64,000 nucleotides of DNA from Ginglymostoma cirratum (Eukaryota): positions 15,203,873 to 15,267,872 of the forward strand of contig JAHRHZ010000076.1 in the NCBI GenBank assembly GCA_024137785.1, written 5' to 3'. How positions within the stretch are numbered: the stretch's first letter is position 1; each line of letters begins with the position of its first letter. Both the position numbers and the translations under genes were made by a program. Of this stretch, positions 13,380 through 25,470 are shown in pieces. Under the pieces are notes generated by a model. That model was not told the DNA's origin. It was given only the letters and a program-made list of their open reading frames with translations, and made no database searches.

Positions 13380-15300
13380 GTGGGCACCAATAGCAGCAGT
13401 ATTGTACTCAAACATAGTCTGTAACTTCATAGTTCAACATGCACCGATTAGTGGGGGAAACCTGGTTTAGTGAAGAGTACAGGATGGTCTGCCAGAAGAA
13501 ACGCGAGGCATATCTGAAGAATGAGATATCAACCTTGAGAAGCTACTACACAGGCTTCTTTTATGAAAACATCATGTGCAGTGAGTTTTAGACAGACTTA
13601 AGTAGTACCACAACCAATGGATAAGAGCCTATTTGTACTGTTTTAACATATCTGCTCGTGAATGGTGGTGGACAATTAAACAATTCTCTGGATGAGGAAG
13701 TTCCACAAGTATCTCCACCTACAACCATCAGTGCAAAAGATATGGTTCAGGCACTTGTAAGAATCCACTTTTCTTCAACCTATTCAATTCACTCCCGAGA
13801 GTATCAGGCAATGGCTAGAGGAACTGGCTATGCAAAGGCTATGGGCCCTGAAATTACTATGGAAATTGTAATGAAGAGCTGTGCTCCAAAATCTGCTGCA
13901 CCCCTTGTCAAGCTGTTCTAGTACACCTACAATACTGGCATCAACCTAGAAATATGGAAAATTTCTCATGTATGTCACATGTACAAACAACAGGACAAAT
14001 CCAATTCAGCCAATTACCACCCAATCAGTCTACTCTTGATTATTAATAAAATGATGAAAAATGTGATCAATGATCCTATAAATAGCATGCTTAGATATAG
14101 TCAGATCACTGACATTCAGATTGGGTTCCACCAGAGCCAGTTCTACCAGTTCCTGACCCCATTATAGCCGTGGTCCAAACTCAAACACGAAATCTGAATA
14201 CTGGACGGAAGATAACATTAACTGCCCTTGATATCAGGGATACATTTGACCAAGTGTGGCATAAAGGAGCCCTAATAAAATTTCGGTCAGTGAAAATTGG
14301 GGAAAATATTCTTCCAATTATTGGAAGCTAGATGAAGGTTAAATGAGGGTAATTAGAAATGGATGAGGGTATAGTCGGCTGGTGTGGCGTGGAAAAAGGA
14401 ATTTAGCAACAAAGGCAGTTAAGAAACAATGGCAGATATTTATGAAAATAGTTCACGGTTTACAGCTTTGAAATATCTCGGTGACCAAAAAGGATTTGAG
14501 GAAAGTGATAAACCAACTATTGATAGCATCAGATTGAAAGAGAAAACTCACAATGTGGCGAACGTTCGTTGTAAGCTAGAGGATTGGGACCATTTTAGAA
14601 ACCTATAAAAAGTAGCCAACAGCAAAAAAAGGGAGGATAAATTTTGAGGATAACCTTGCAAGTAATATCAAGATAGGCATCAAGAGCTTCTTTCAATGTA
14701 TGAAAAGGAAGAGAAAAGCAAAAGGAACATAGGGCCTTCAGGAAAAAGGCCAGGAAATGATAACTGGGGACCTGGAAAGGGCAGAGGAGTTAAATAAATA
14801 CGTGCATCAGCCTTCATAGTAGAAAACACAAATAGCATTCGAAACTAACTAAATTTTCAAGGGACAGCGTGAGGAGAAGAAATAAATGCAATATCTGTCA
14901 CTAGAGAAAAGGTGCTAGGGGAATTAATGGGACTAAAGACTGATAGGTCCCCTGGACCTGATGGGATGCAGTCTAGGTTATTAAAGGAAGAAGCTGATTG
15001 GATAGTGGATGCACCCATTACAATCTTTCAAGAATCCTTAGATTCTGTATGGTTATAGAGAATTGGAAAATTATTAATGTAACACTTTTTTTTAAAAACG
15101 AGACAAAAAAGGAGGTAACTTAGGTCAGTTAGCTTAATGTCTGAAATGCTAGAGTCTCTTATAAAGGGTGTAGTAGCAGTGCATTTAGAAGTACGTAACA
15201 TAATCATGCAGAATCAGCATTGCAGCATGAAGGGGAAGTCATGCCTAGCAAATTTACTAGAATTATTTAAGGAGTTAACAAGCCGAATAGATAATATTCT
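13380..15300 (+). mobile_element. Composite of two LINE fragments (CR1/L2-group 13380-14320, CR1 14330-15300)
   Basis: QDKSNSANYHPISLL and QHCSMKGKSCLANLLELF RT-region motifs; the same junction recurs at 56800-58770. Confidence 0.75.
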
Positions 15301-15635
15301 GAATGTTCAGGAAGCAGTGAATGCACAGAGCCTTAGTCCAGGGCTCTAGATTACTCGTGTTGTAATATTATCCCCACAGCAATCCTTCCAATTTACGGAT
15401 GCGGATCCACGGGAGCTAAATGGAATTAGATCATACACCCGTCACTATCACATTGTATGGTTTTGGCAAAATAATTTTATTCTTCCAAGTTTAGCAAGAC
15501 AAAGCAAAGAATATCGTGGAAACAAGGAACTGTCTGTACAGCCCCGCGCGGAGTTGAAAGCTGGTGAAACTCTCCAAATGCTGCACCTGTCGTTTGTGTG
15601 ATAACAGCTTGTAAACAATCAGCAGGAAGGCGATC

Positions 15636-15674
15636 GCTTTTTGCGCGGGTTCCCCCCGACTTTCTGTCACTGTG
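15636..15674 (-). promoter_or_regulatory. 23-RSS
   Basis: CACAGTG - 23 nt - GCAAAAAGC. Confidence 0.93.
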
Positions 15675-16122
15675 AGCCCAGAAAGCACAGTAATAGACCC
15701 CAGAGTCATCCTCCTTGATATTCCTCATGAGCAAGCTGCAGGTTTTCGACTCAGAATTTTTTTCAGCAACTAGTACTTTGTCGGTGATATCTTGCTGAGT
15801 TTCAAACTGACTCTTGAAATATAAAATGCGCTGTATCCGTTGACCCGGGATGTGCCGGTACCAGTGGATAACCGTATTGTCGAAATTGCTCCCTTCAAAC
15901 TTACATTCAAACCGCGCAGTCTTCCCCGGAGCTCTGGTTGTTGATATTGGAGACTGAGTCAACGTTTGAGCAACAGATTTCCCTGCCGGTGAAAAAAATG
16001 TAAATGAGGTTATTTATGAACACGGAGACCACAGAATGTTAAACAATGGAAATAATCAGTGGGAACCTGCTGTACTGACCGAGGAGAGAGATTAGTAAAA
16101 TCGCAAGGACGTGACCCTTCAT
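15675..16122 (-). CDS. TRGV: TCR gamma V segment, family A copy 1, intact
   Basis: Leader 16122-16080 (MKGHVLAILLISLL, GT), 97-bp intron, V exon 15982-15675: GKSVAQTLTQSPISTTRAPGKTARFECKFEGSNFDNTVIHWYRHIPGQRIQRILYFKSQFETQQDITDKVLVAEKNSESKTCSLLMRNIKEDDSGVYYCAFWA. IHWY and YYCAxW motifs are typical of V-gamma. Confidence 0.92.
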
Positions 16123-16185
16123 GTTGATGTTGTCAACTTGGACTGATTCGGATTTGCTAAAAGCCTTCAAGGGGCCAAAGCAATA

Positions 16186-16218
16186 CCGGAAAAGACGTCA
16201 ATTGGTTTTACCCAATGC
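16186..16218. promoter_or_regulatory. Candidate family-A promoter module (ETS-like CCGGAA, CRE-like GACGTCA, CCAAT)
   Basis: CCGGAAAAGACGTCA about 65-80 bp upstream of the ATG; also at 36066-36080 and, as CCGGAAAGATGTCA, at 62858-62871. Function is inferred only. Confidence 0.4.
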
Positions 16219-17329
16219 CAAGCCTTCGCGTTGCCTCAAGGATGACCTTCCATTGAATGGGCAAGCGTTTTCACCTGGTTATTGACAGTTTCACTGAAGT
16301 CCGCCCGTCACCCCAACCATGTTGCCCTCTCCTTCATTGCAAGTGCTGATCACTCGCTGGGCAAGTTACTTTCTACTTTTGCCCGAGACTTTCGCCCTTA
16401 TAGGTTTTCTAGCGTTTCCTTGCTCCATTCCAGCAATTTAATTGAAAACAGCACTACAGATCTACGTGTTTTACAGGTTCTCATCAACTTGTTCAGAGCT
16501 GTTATCATTCACCTGTGGAGTACATGGGACCTGAACCCCAACCTCCGAGTACAGATGTAGGGGCACTACACCACAAGAACCGTCATATCTGCCTTTCTTA
16601 TTCTAGTAACAATTTTGGACAGGTGGAGAATATTTCTCTGTCCCATGACAAACCCTGTCGGAATTTAGAACCGAAAATAACTTCAATCTTTGGGCTGAGC
16701 TCAAACCGCTAACACTTGAAAGCAGTCTTATGACACGTCTATCACTGGCTCCAGTATATCTTGTCTGGGTGACCAGAGATGGTAACATTACTCGATGTCG
16801 TCTGACTAGAGCCCCATACAGCTTGTCCTTTGCCTTCTCTGACCCGTAATCATTCTGTTGACTGTTCTGGACAAACAGACTGTTGCCAACGTTAATTGCT
16901 GCATTTGGCGATTGAGAATTGGATCTACTAGGGTGCCACCTTTAACATCATCCTTGGATTTTCAAACAATTCATGCGATGAAAGTTCCGCCCATTGTTTC
17001 TACCAGACGTATTGCTCTTTCTCCCTCTGTTTCCCACATTCTCAGGCTCTTTCATCTGTCCTTTCCCACTTTCCTTTTCCCTTTCCACACTCAATCTTTA
17101 TCTCTCACTCATGTTGTTGCTTTTTCCTGCCCTTTCTCCTGTTCTCCATTTCCTCCGGATCTCCCTTTCACTGCTCAGGTCCTCTCTTCCTGCTTTAGAC
17201 TGTTTTAACCTATTGGCTTTTATATTCACTGTTTTGCCCCTTCTCCTCTCTCTGTTTTCTATCATTCTCCGTCCATTACATATTCTTTTCACTTTCTCTC
17301 TTTAAGACTCACCCCTGAAAATGAAATAC

Positions 17330-19290
17330 AGGGAAGTTTGGCTGTGAGTGTACAACGAACGCAGAAAATTAACACTTAGGTGTGGCAAGTAATTATGCAG
17401 GGAAATCATGTGTTTCTCTTTCATGCAACGGTATCAGGTACAAGACTAAAGGCGCCTTGCTGCAAATGTACTTGCCTTTGAGGAGACTACATCTAGAATT
17501 ATTCGTGAAGTAGTAATTTAAGGAAGGATACATCATCGTAGGAGGCAGTACAGAAAATATTCACTACTTCGGTTCCTGGAAGGGGAAGGGGTGTCCGAAA
17601 ATGAAAGGTTGACCAAATATTCTTTTGAGTTCAGAAGATGAGAGGTGATTGAGTTGAAATACAAAAGATTCTGAAAGGGTTTGACAAGGTCGGCACAAAT
17701 GTTGTTTCCCTTGGTTGGAGGATCCAGAACGAGGGTGGAAGGGGCCACAACTTCAGGATAAGGAGTTGATTGTTCTGGACTATGATGAAGAGAAATTTCT
17801 TCAATGAAGGCTGTGAACCATTGGAATTCTCAACCCCAAAGCTTTGAAGTTGGCTCTGTAACTGACTATATTAAAAGCTTAGACGACAAAACTTTCTTTT
17901 TTCAAAGAATCAAGTGATGTGGAGAGCTGAGGCAGATCATGGGTCGTAATTGTATTAAACAGTGGAGCAGGCTCCAGAAATCATGTTTTACTAATGCTTA
18001 TGTTTCTTATTTTGTCACTTGTCTCTTCTCTACTTCTATGGCCGTTTGAAGTGAATGCAGATGAATCCACGGGGCACGAAGAAAACTACGGGTTTCTTTT
18101 GGTGCCGTGACCAATATTTATCTTCAACCACCATCACCAAACTAGATCTTTTACATTTATCTTACCGCCTTTGATGGGATCTGTTGTGGGCTCGGTGAGA
18201 AGTTGAGAAGTAGAGCCCTTCATGGGAACCTCAGCAAGTGCAGGAATTGAATCCAAGCTGGGGGCATCATCTGCGTTGCAAACCAGCTCCAGTCAACGGA
18301 GCTTCTAGAACGCATTTGATGAGGTGCCACAGAAAAGGTCAATATACAAGGTAAGATCAGGCGGGTTTGGGGGTAATATATGAGCTTGAGAGCAGAGAGC
18401 CTGGAGAAATGGGCCTTTTACTGGCTGGCAAGTTGTAACTAATGGAGTGCCACAGGACTCATCCTTGGGTCGCAACTATTTACAATCTATCTTAAAGACC
18501 TCGGTGCATCGATAGAATGTACTGTAATCATATTTGCAGATGATACTAAAACAAGTGGTAAAGTAAGTTGCAATTATGAAATAAGAAATTTGCAAATGGA
18601 TCTAGGTAGCTTAAGGGAGTCAACGAAAATTCAGCATATTGACTGAACGTGAATAAATATGAGGTTATTCATGTCGGTCAGAAGGATAAAAAGGCATCTT
18701 GTTTCCTAAATGGACAGTAATGTCAATATGTTTCGGTGGAACGGGATCTGGGTGTCCTAGTGCATGTGTAATAGGGAAGGCAAGCAGAATTTTGGCATTT
18801 ATTGCTAATAGGATAGAGTATAAAAGCAGGGAGGAATTGTTGCAACTATACAAGCCATTGGTGAGACTGCATCCACAGTTTTGGTCCCCTTACTTCAGGA
18901 AGGATGTAATTGGATTGGAGACGTTCAAAGTTCACCACATTAATTCCAGTGTTGAAAGGTTTATTGTATGAGGACAGCAGATCAGTTGAGGCCTATCCTC
19001 TAAAGACTTTAGAAGGATGAGAGGATGCCATTGAATCATAGTTTTAGACTAATGGTTGGCAGATTTAAAACCGAAAATGAGGATGATATCAAAGGCTTAT
19101 GAATCTCTTGAGAATCACTACCTCAGAGCCCGTGGACACCAGGATACTAAATAAATTTAAGTCAGAGACAGGCAGATTTATAATTAGCAATGGGTCATGG
19201 GGAGCGGGCAGGAAAGTGCAGCTGAGGTCGATCTGATATCAGTCGTGTTCGAGGGGCAGAATTGTGCCCGCCTGCTCACGGTTATTCTGT
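17330..19290 (+). mobile_element. Cluster of old CR1 3' fragments
   Basis: FADD at ~18533 and LQLYKPLVRLHPQFWSPY; right part paralogous to ~37550-38340. Confidence 0.7.
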
Positions 19291-20406
19291 TCTCATGTTT
19301 AAGTGGGTAGCCTGTTTGTCGCTGATTCCCAGATGGCAATAAGGCAGTGACTGTTGCATTAAGTTTAACATCACACCAGGCAGTCACTAACCCACAGGCC
19401 ACGCCCAAATCCACCCGCCAGGGGAATGAGTGAACAGTCAGCGCAAAATAAAATGCGCATCAAAATGAGTTGTTCGGTTTACTTCTGAAACGGGGTAATG
19501 CCTGTCTGGGATCCAGGATTGAAGGGTATCTTGGCTTCTTGTCGCTCCCCTCTGACACAGACCCCCACATGTGACTGGAACCACGGTTTCTACTGGCATG
19601 GCCGCATGTCGGACTACACTCCAGAAATCGCAAGAAAACAATGTGCCTTAAGCCCTGGGAGAGCATTGTCGGGCAGTGTGAACACACCCGAATTTACTCT
19701 GGATTTGAAGGTGGCTCTGGAGGAATCAATGGAATAACGTTCCTTTCAAAATGGAGGAAATCAAGAATTGTTTGTCATGTGTTTGCATTGCTTCACAAAT
19801 AGACAGAGCAAAGTCCAGTGGGAAATTCAGACGATAGAATTGAATCGCTGTCTTGTGTGGAGATGGGTTGGAAATATCTAGAGCAAAGTTGCCACAGAAA
19901 ATACACTGTTAAAGCAGCAGGGAAGATGAGCTTAATGGTTATTGAGTAATGATTAATTGGCTATGACTATCCATTATATACGGTATTCTTAGAATTTTAA
20001 GTTTTCCCACATACGAATTTACACAAACTGATTCAGAACAATTGATGACCTCACACTAACATGTTGAGAAAAAAAAGCTAAAAAGAACCATTTGTCTGTC
20101 AACTAAATACACAACCAAAACCAAAACATATGTCACAAACATTCTCTGATTCATCTACCGCGTAAATCAACCAAGCTAAGTGAGCTTCAGAGGATGAAAT
20201 AACTGAAATTGTTTCCTCAAGATGTGTCACCCTAATAAGGCATCAGAGAGACTGATTCCCTGAATGAAATCGTTCTGTTCCCTTTTCCCACACCAATCTT
20301 TGAATTGAAAATCCCAATTATATTTGTCTCTGCTTTAAATGTTGACATTGAAGTTAATTCTGAATTTTATTTTGCGATTTGGTATTTCAGTAAGAAGAAT
20401 CCACCT

Positions 20407-20624
20407 ATTTTGACCGTTGTAGCCGAGGGCCTAGTGACCGATATCGGAAACTGATTCAAGATCTCGGCAAAATGTTCACCTGCAAACAAAAAATATCGAT
20501 AAGTCATACAGCTGAGGCGATAGGCAGAAATCAGAAAAGCGGATAAGGAGGAACAGTACCAGTGAATGGAAAGGCCAGCATACAGAAGATACAGATTTGA
20601 GATTATCTGCAATAGAAGCAACAT
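20407..20624 (-). pseudogene. TRGV: Truncated V pseudogene, family B copy 1 (leader and FR1 only)
   Basis: Leader-like MLLLLQIISNLYL from 20624; V exon from 20479 reads EHFAEILNQFPISVTRPSATTVKI, then joins sequence that lies beyond the RSS in the paralog at 39.7-40.3 kb. About 340 bp including both Cys and the RSS are deleted. Confidence 0.85.
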
Positions 20625-21289
20625 AAAGGAGAAACGTTCACACAAGTGTTTAGGATGTGAATTGCACTGGCTATCAAAAGGGAATCGAAGCACCACGACA
20701 AAAGAAATGCACGACTAATGGGAAAGGCGGGGAACTGGGTCAAGCTGACCTTTTGTGGAGAGAGTCTGCACGAATAGGAAGGGCGGGACGGTCTCTTTCT
20801 TTCAGTTGATGGTTCGAACTGCTGCGTGTCGCACTCACTGGGGGAAAGCATCAACGGAACAACCAATGAAACGACATGGTGTAGCAATGACGATTAAGCT
20901 GTATGCACTGTGTTAAAATGGGTGGTTAAACAGGAAATGATTCGCATCCCGAATACAAACAGTATAAAGCAATGCCGCTGGGGTTCAGTACCCCTGATCC
21001 AGGAGGCCACCATCCAGGAGATTTGTAACAATGCCTCTGAACCGCTCAATTAGAAAATATCTAAAATGATTTTCCCTCCTGCTAGTTACATGATCTGTTT
21101 TGTCATCTAGATCGTTGCCTCACGTCTCTCTACAGAACATTTGTCTACACATTTATTTCTAATCGATGTATTGTCGTAATTTCGGTATTTTGCCTGCCAT
21201 TTTCCCCATTTTGAATTTCCTAGGCATATCATTTTTTTCCTCAACCCCCGACGATCAGGTTCATTTTCTGGGAGTTTCAGCAACAACTC

Positions 21290-22010
21290 AGAAGTCTCGT
21301 GAGTTCAATCCCTAGTCCAGTATATAATCCAAAGTGACATTCCAGGGTAGCACAGGGAGAGCTGCGCTGTCGGACGTGCCCGTTTATAGGTGAAGCGTTA
21401 ATGGATGGTTGTGTCTGCCCTCCCAGTGAGTGTAAAGGATTCTGTGCCAGTGCTAGAGACATGTGGAGTTCTCTTCGATACGGAGCTTTATAAAACCATG
21501 AGGGTTATAGACTTGGTTAATGGTAGGTGTATTTTCAATGGGATGGGGGAATTCAAGGCTAGGGGATATATTTTAAAGTGGGAGAGAGATTTTGAAACAA
21601 AAGATATGAAGGCCAGTTTTTTTTTTTGCATAGCAGGTGGTTCCCTTGCGGAATAAAGTGCCTGAAGAAGTGCTGGATGCCGGTACAATTACAATGTTTA
21701 AAAGTCACTTAGATATGTTTGTGAATAGGACCGTTTTGGAGAGATGTGGGCCACGAGCAGGCAGGCGTGATTAGTTTAGTTTGGGATTACGTTCGGCATG
21801 GACTGGTTGGACCGAAAGTTCTGTTTCCGTGCTGTATGACTCTATGACAATATGTGGTGCGCCCTCTGGGCGGGGAACGTGTGTAATACTTATCCCCCAA
21901 CCAACATCACTAAAGAGATTGTCTGGACATTTCTAACATTGATCTTTTTAGGTGTTGGTTGAACACAAATTGGCTGTCAGTTTTCCTAATTCTAGCAGTG
22001 ACCAAACTGT
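21290..22010 (+). mobile_element. DeuSINE-like SINE containing a CR1 3' end (21485-21848)
   Basis: Same nested structure at 40960-41660, so it predates the duplication. Confidence 0.65.
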
Positions 22011-22789
22011 TTCTTATTTTTATTCATTCATGGGACTGGGACGTCGCTGACCAGGCCGGTATTTGTTGGCGGTTCCTTATTGCCCCGAGGGCAGTTAAGA
22101 ATCAGCTGCATTGTTGTGGGTCTGCAGTCACATGTAGTCCAGGATTGGCAACAATGACAGGTTTGCTTCCCTGTACTGCGTTAAGCGAACATAGAAACAT
22201 AGAAGAGAGGAGCAGGAGTAGGCCATTCCACCCCGCCATGTAATATGTTATTGGCTGATCATAGAGATTAATACTTTAATCCCGTCCTCCCTATCCCCAA
22301 CCCCACCAACCCCAAATGCTTTGTTCCTTTTCGCAACAAGAGCTACATCTACTTCCTTCTTGTAAACATTCAATGTTTTTGGCCTCAAACACATTCTGCA
22401 GGAATAAATTCCATAGGTTCAGCATTCTGGCTGGAGAAGTTTCTCCACATCTTTTTCCTAAAAGATCGTATCTTATCTTAATCTTAAAATGTGACTACTT
22501 GTTCTGGACTCCCCACCACGGGAACATCCTTCTTGCATCTAACCTGTCTAGCCCTGTTATAATTTTAAAGCTTTCTAAGAGATTCCCACTCATTCATCTA
22601 AATTACTGTGAATACTATCCTAACTGACTCAATCTCTGCTCATAAATCAGTCCTGCCACCCCAGGAATCAATTTGGTAAAGTTTCACTGGATTCCCTCTG
22701 TAGCAAGAACATCTTCAGATAAGGAGACCAAAACTGTACATAATATTTCAGCTGTGTCTTCACTATTGCCCAGTATAATTTGAAATCTT

Positions 22790-23040
22790 TACAGTGTGGA
22801 GCTGGAGGAACATAACAGGTCAGGCAGCATCAGAGGAGCAAGAAAGTCGACGTTTCGTGTCGGGACACTTCATCAGGACTGGGGATGGGTGAAGGGAGCA
22901 CAGAAATAAATAGAAGGAGGGGATTGGGGCTGGTGGAAGGTAGGTGAGGTGATGACAGGTGGTTGCAGGTTGTGGAGATTGGTCAATGGGAAAGATGAAG
23001 CGGTTAGGTGAGAAGGAAGATGGACAGGTTGTGGCATGTC
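22790..23040 (-). mobile_element. Short Penelope-like terminal fragment with long imperfect target duplication
   Basis: Flanked by ~30-bp direct repeats (TCACTATTGCCCAGTATAATTTGAAATCTTTA / TCACCAATTCCCTGTATAACTTTAAATCTTTA); empty site in the paralog at ~42990-43030. Confidence 0.7.
22845..22880 (-). ncRNA. Minimal type-I hammerhead ribozyme motif
   Basis: Minus strand AGTC-CTGATGA-A-GTGT-CCCG-ACAC-GAAAC-GTC^GACT: full core, 4-bp stem II, 4-bp stem I, palindromic ACGT at stem III. Confidence 0.7.
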
Positions 23041-23785
23041 ACCAATTCCCTGTATAACTTTAAATCTTTATCCAGTTTGCTTTTCAAAGTGGCTACTGGA
23101 TCTGTTTCCCCTCTCTCTTCACGCAGGACATCCCAGATCTCAATTTACTTCAAGTAGAACAGAGACATTCTTTTGTATCTCTGTTTACTCAGCCTAAGAC
23201 GCCGTATGTGAATTAATGAGAAGTTACACGTCGATAACCACTTTATTGCTGCAGTGGGACCGGAGCTGACTAACACACCCAGACGTCCCCGATCCATCCC
23301 TGCACATCATTGACATTTGGCTGGTTTACACTGCTCCAGCGGCTGGTCTGTATGCCCACACCCTGAAATTCAATGACTGAAGAAAGAATTCCGGATTATA
23401 ACTCCATCCCCCTGCCCAGGGAGAACATCACCGCGCCATCGGCAGCGTGAGTCCTAATCTAGCAAAGGCCACGAACTCCACAGTGAGTCGGCTCTGGGCT
23501 CTCTCACCCCAAGATCACCTAACACCTGAAGAAGAAATGAGGCTCCGAAAGCTTGTGTTTTCAAATAAACCTGTTGGACTACTTGTACCGTGTGATTTCT
23601 GACCAAGATTAGGGGAAGTATATTGATCAAAACAGCCCAGACCTGGCTTGCTTCGCATCAGTTTCCATTTCACGAATTCAGGCAGAGAAAGCTCAGACAG
23701 GTCCAGCTGTGGTGTCGTCGCTACTTTACCCAAATAGGGGAGGAGTCTGTGAATTCCTCTGACAGTTTCGCTTCAAATCGTTCAG

Positions 23786-23824
23786 TGTTTTTGTACGAAC
23801 TTTGTATTGATGTCTCGCAGCGTG
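23786..23824 (-). promoter_or_regulatory. 23-RSS
   Basis: CACGCTG - 23 nt - ACAAAAACA. Confidence 0.9.
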
Positions 23825-24266
23825 TATCTATCCAGCGCGCACAGTAATAGGTGGCGGTGTCCTCCGTCTTTATTTTGTCGATTGTGAGGTAGAATTCTTT
23901 GTCTTTAGATTTCCCAGCTTTGAACCGTTCACCAAATCCCGGATCCTGCGATGTGCCTGCTCCATAATAGAGGATTCGGGTGGGTGCCTGGCCGGGCTTT
24001 TGCTGGTACCAGTGAAGCGGATCAGTGGCGGTAATAGTTGCACCTTCGACTTCGCATTTGAATCGAGCGGTTTTACCCTCATTTTTGGTAATGGATGGGA
24101 CAATCTGTTTCAGTGTTTGTGCAAAATATCCGCCTGAGGAAAGAATATACAGGGTTACAAAGATAAGATATGATGGATGTGATTGAACAGCAAGGTGTGA
24201 ATAATAGCGTCAGAAACACATACAGGGCAAAGCGGTTACCACAATGAGCCAGTAATATAGCGACAT
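23825..24266 (-). CDS. TRGV: TCR gamma V segment, family C copy 1, intact (not in the ORF track)
   Basis: Leader 24266-24224 (MSLYYWLIVVTALP, GT), 90-bp intron, V exon 24133-23825: CGYFAQTLKQIVPSITKNEGKTARFKCEVEGATITATDPLHWYQQKPGQAPTRILYYGAGTSQDPGFGERFKAGKSKDKEFYLTIDKIKTEDTATYYCARWID. Confidence 0.93.
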
Positions 24267-24404
24267 GTTCACTCAACCTTCAACTGTTCTGTCAAGCAGC
24301 TGGATAGAGACTAAAAGGAAACGACTCATTTCCTTCAAACCAATCAGTGAGATATTGGTCAGGGTTTCAAGCCCGCCCCCGCCCTCCAAGTTGGTTATTT
24401 GCAA

Positions 24405-25470
24405 TATAAACAGAAAATGTTGGATTTACTGAAGCAGCAACTGTGGAGAGAAAAACAGAGTAAACGTTTCAAAACCCTAAGCTTGAATAAGTTGAGATGT
24501 TGACAGTGTCAACCCCGCAAATAGGAGGGAAACAGGGAATGGGGAGGTTTCAATAAAAGGGGTATCTGTGACCGGTGGAGGACAGGAGAGTTAACTATCG
24601 CAGGGGATGGAGGTGCAAAGGGAACGGTGATGGTGATGGGAAGTGAACAGAAACAAAATCACATACCATCCCACCAACTTTCCAATACAACGCATCCTCC
24701 ACTGACATTTGCGCCATCGACAATCGGAACCCACCACCAAAAAGTTCTCTCCCCACCCCTGTCTGCTTTCCGCAAGAACCTTTCACACCCCGACTCCTTT
24801 GTTAGCTCCACACTCTCCACCGAACCCTGGACCACACCCAATACCTTTCCTGGCAACCACAGGAGGTGCTACACCTGCCCCAAACCTCCCCTCTCACCTC
24901 TGTTGGAGGTCCCAAATAATCCTTGCAGATTCAGCAGAGATTCATCTGCACTTCATCTAACCTCATCGACTGTATCCTTTGCTCCCGGTGTGGTCTCCAC
25001 TATATCGGAGAGACCAAATGCAGACTCCCGACCGGTTTCGCTCTGCAGGTACTATCCGGCCTGACCTTCCAGTTGCCATCCACTTTAACACTCGCGCCCA
25101 TTCCCCCGGTGACATGTCCATCCTTGGCCTCCTCCACTGTCAGAGTGAGGCCAAATGCAAACTGGTGGAAGAACACCTGGTATTTTGCCTTAGGAGCCTA
25201 CAGCCCAAAGGCCTGAATATAGACTTCACCAGCTTTAAAATCTCTCCTCGCCCAACCTGTCCAATTTCCTACCCTCCTATCCGCTCCACCGTTCCCACTG
25301 ACCAACCACAATAACTCTCACCTGCATCACCAGTTTCAAATCTCTCCACCCCCAACCCATCCATCTTCCTACTCAACTGCTGCTCGGATGCTGTCTGATC
25401 TGCTGTGCTTTTCCACATCCACAGTTATTTACTCTAGCTCCCAGCATGTGCAGTCCCTTTTGTCTCCCAG
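24405..25470 (+). mobile_element. Penelope-like retroelement fragment with GIY-YIG endonuclease remnant
   Basis: QRFICTSSNLIDCILCSRCGLHYIGETKCRL and LPVAIHFN...EEHLVFCLRSLQPKGLNIDF, frameshifted; identical copy at 47454-48519. Confidence 0.8.

Noticed and set aside
16994-17305. Hydrophobic 103-aa ORF resembling a membrane protein
   Set aside because: Product of a CT-rich low-complexity tract; largely absent from the paralog.
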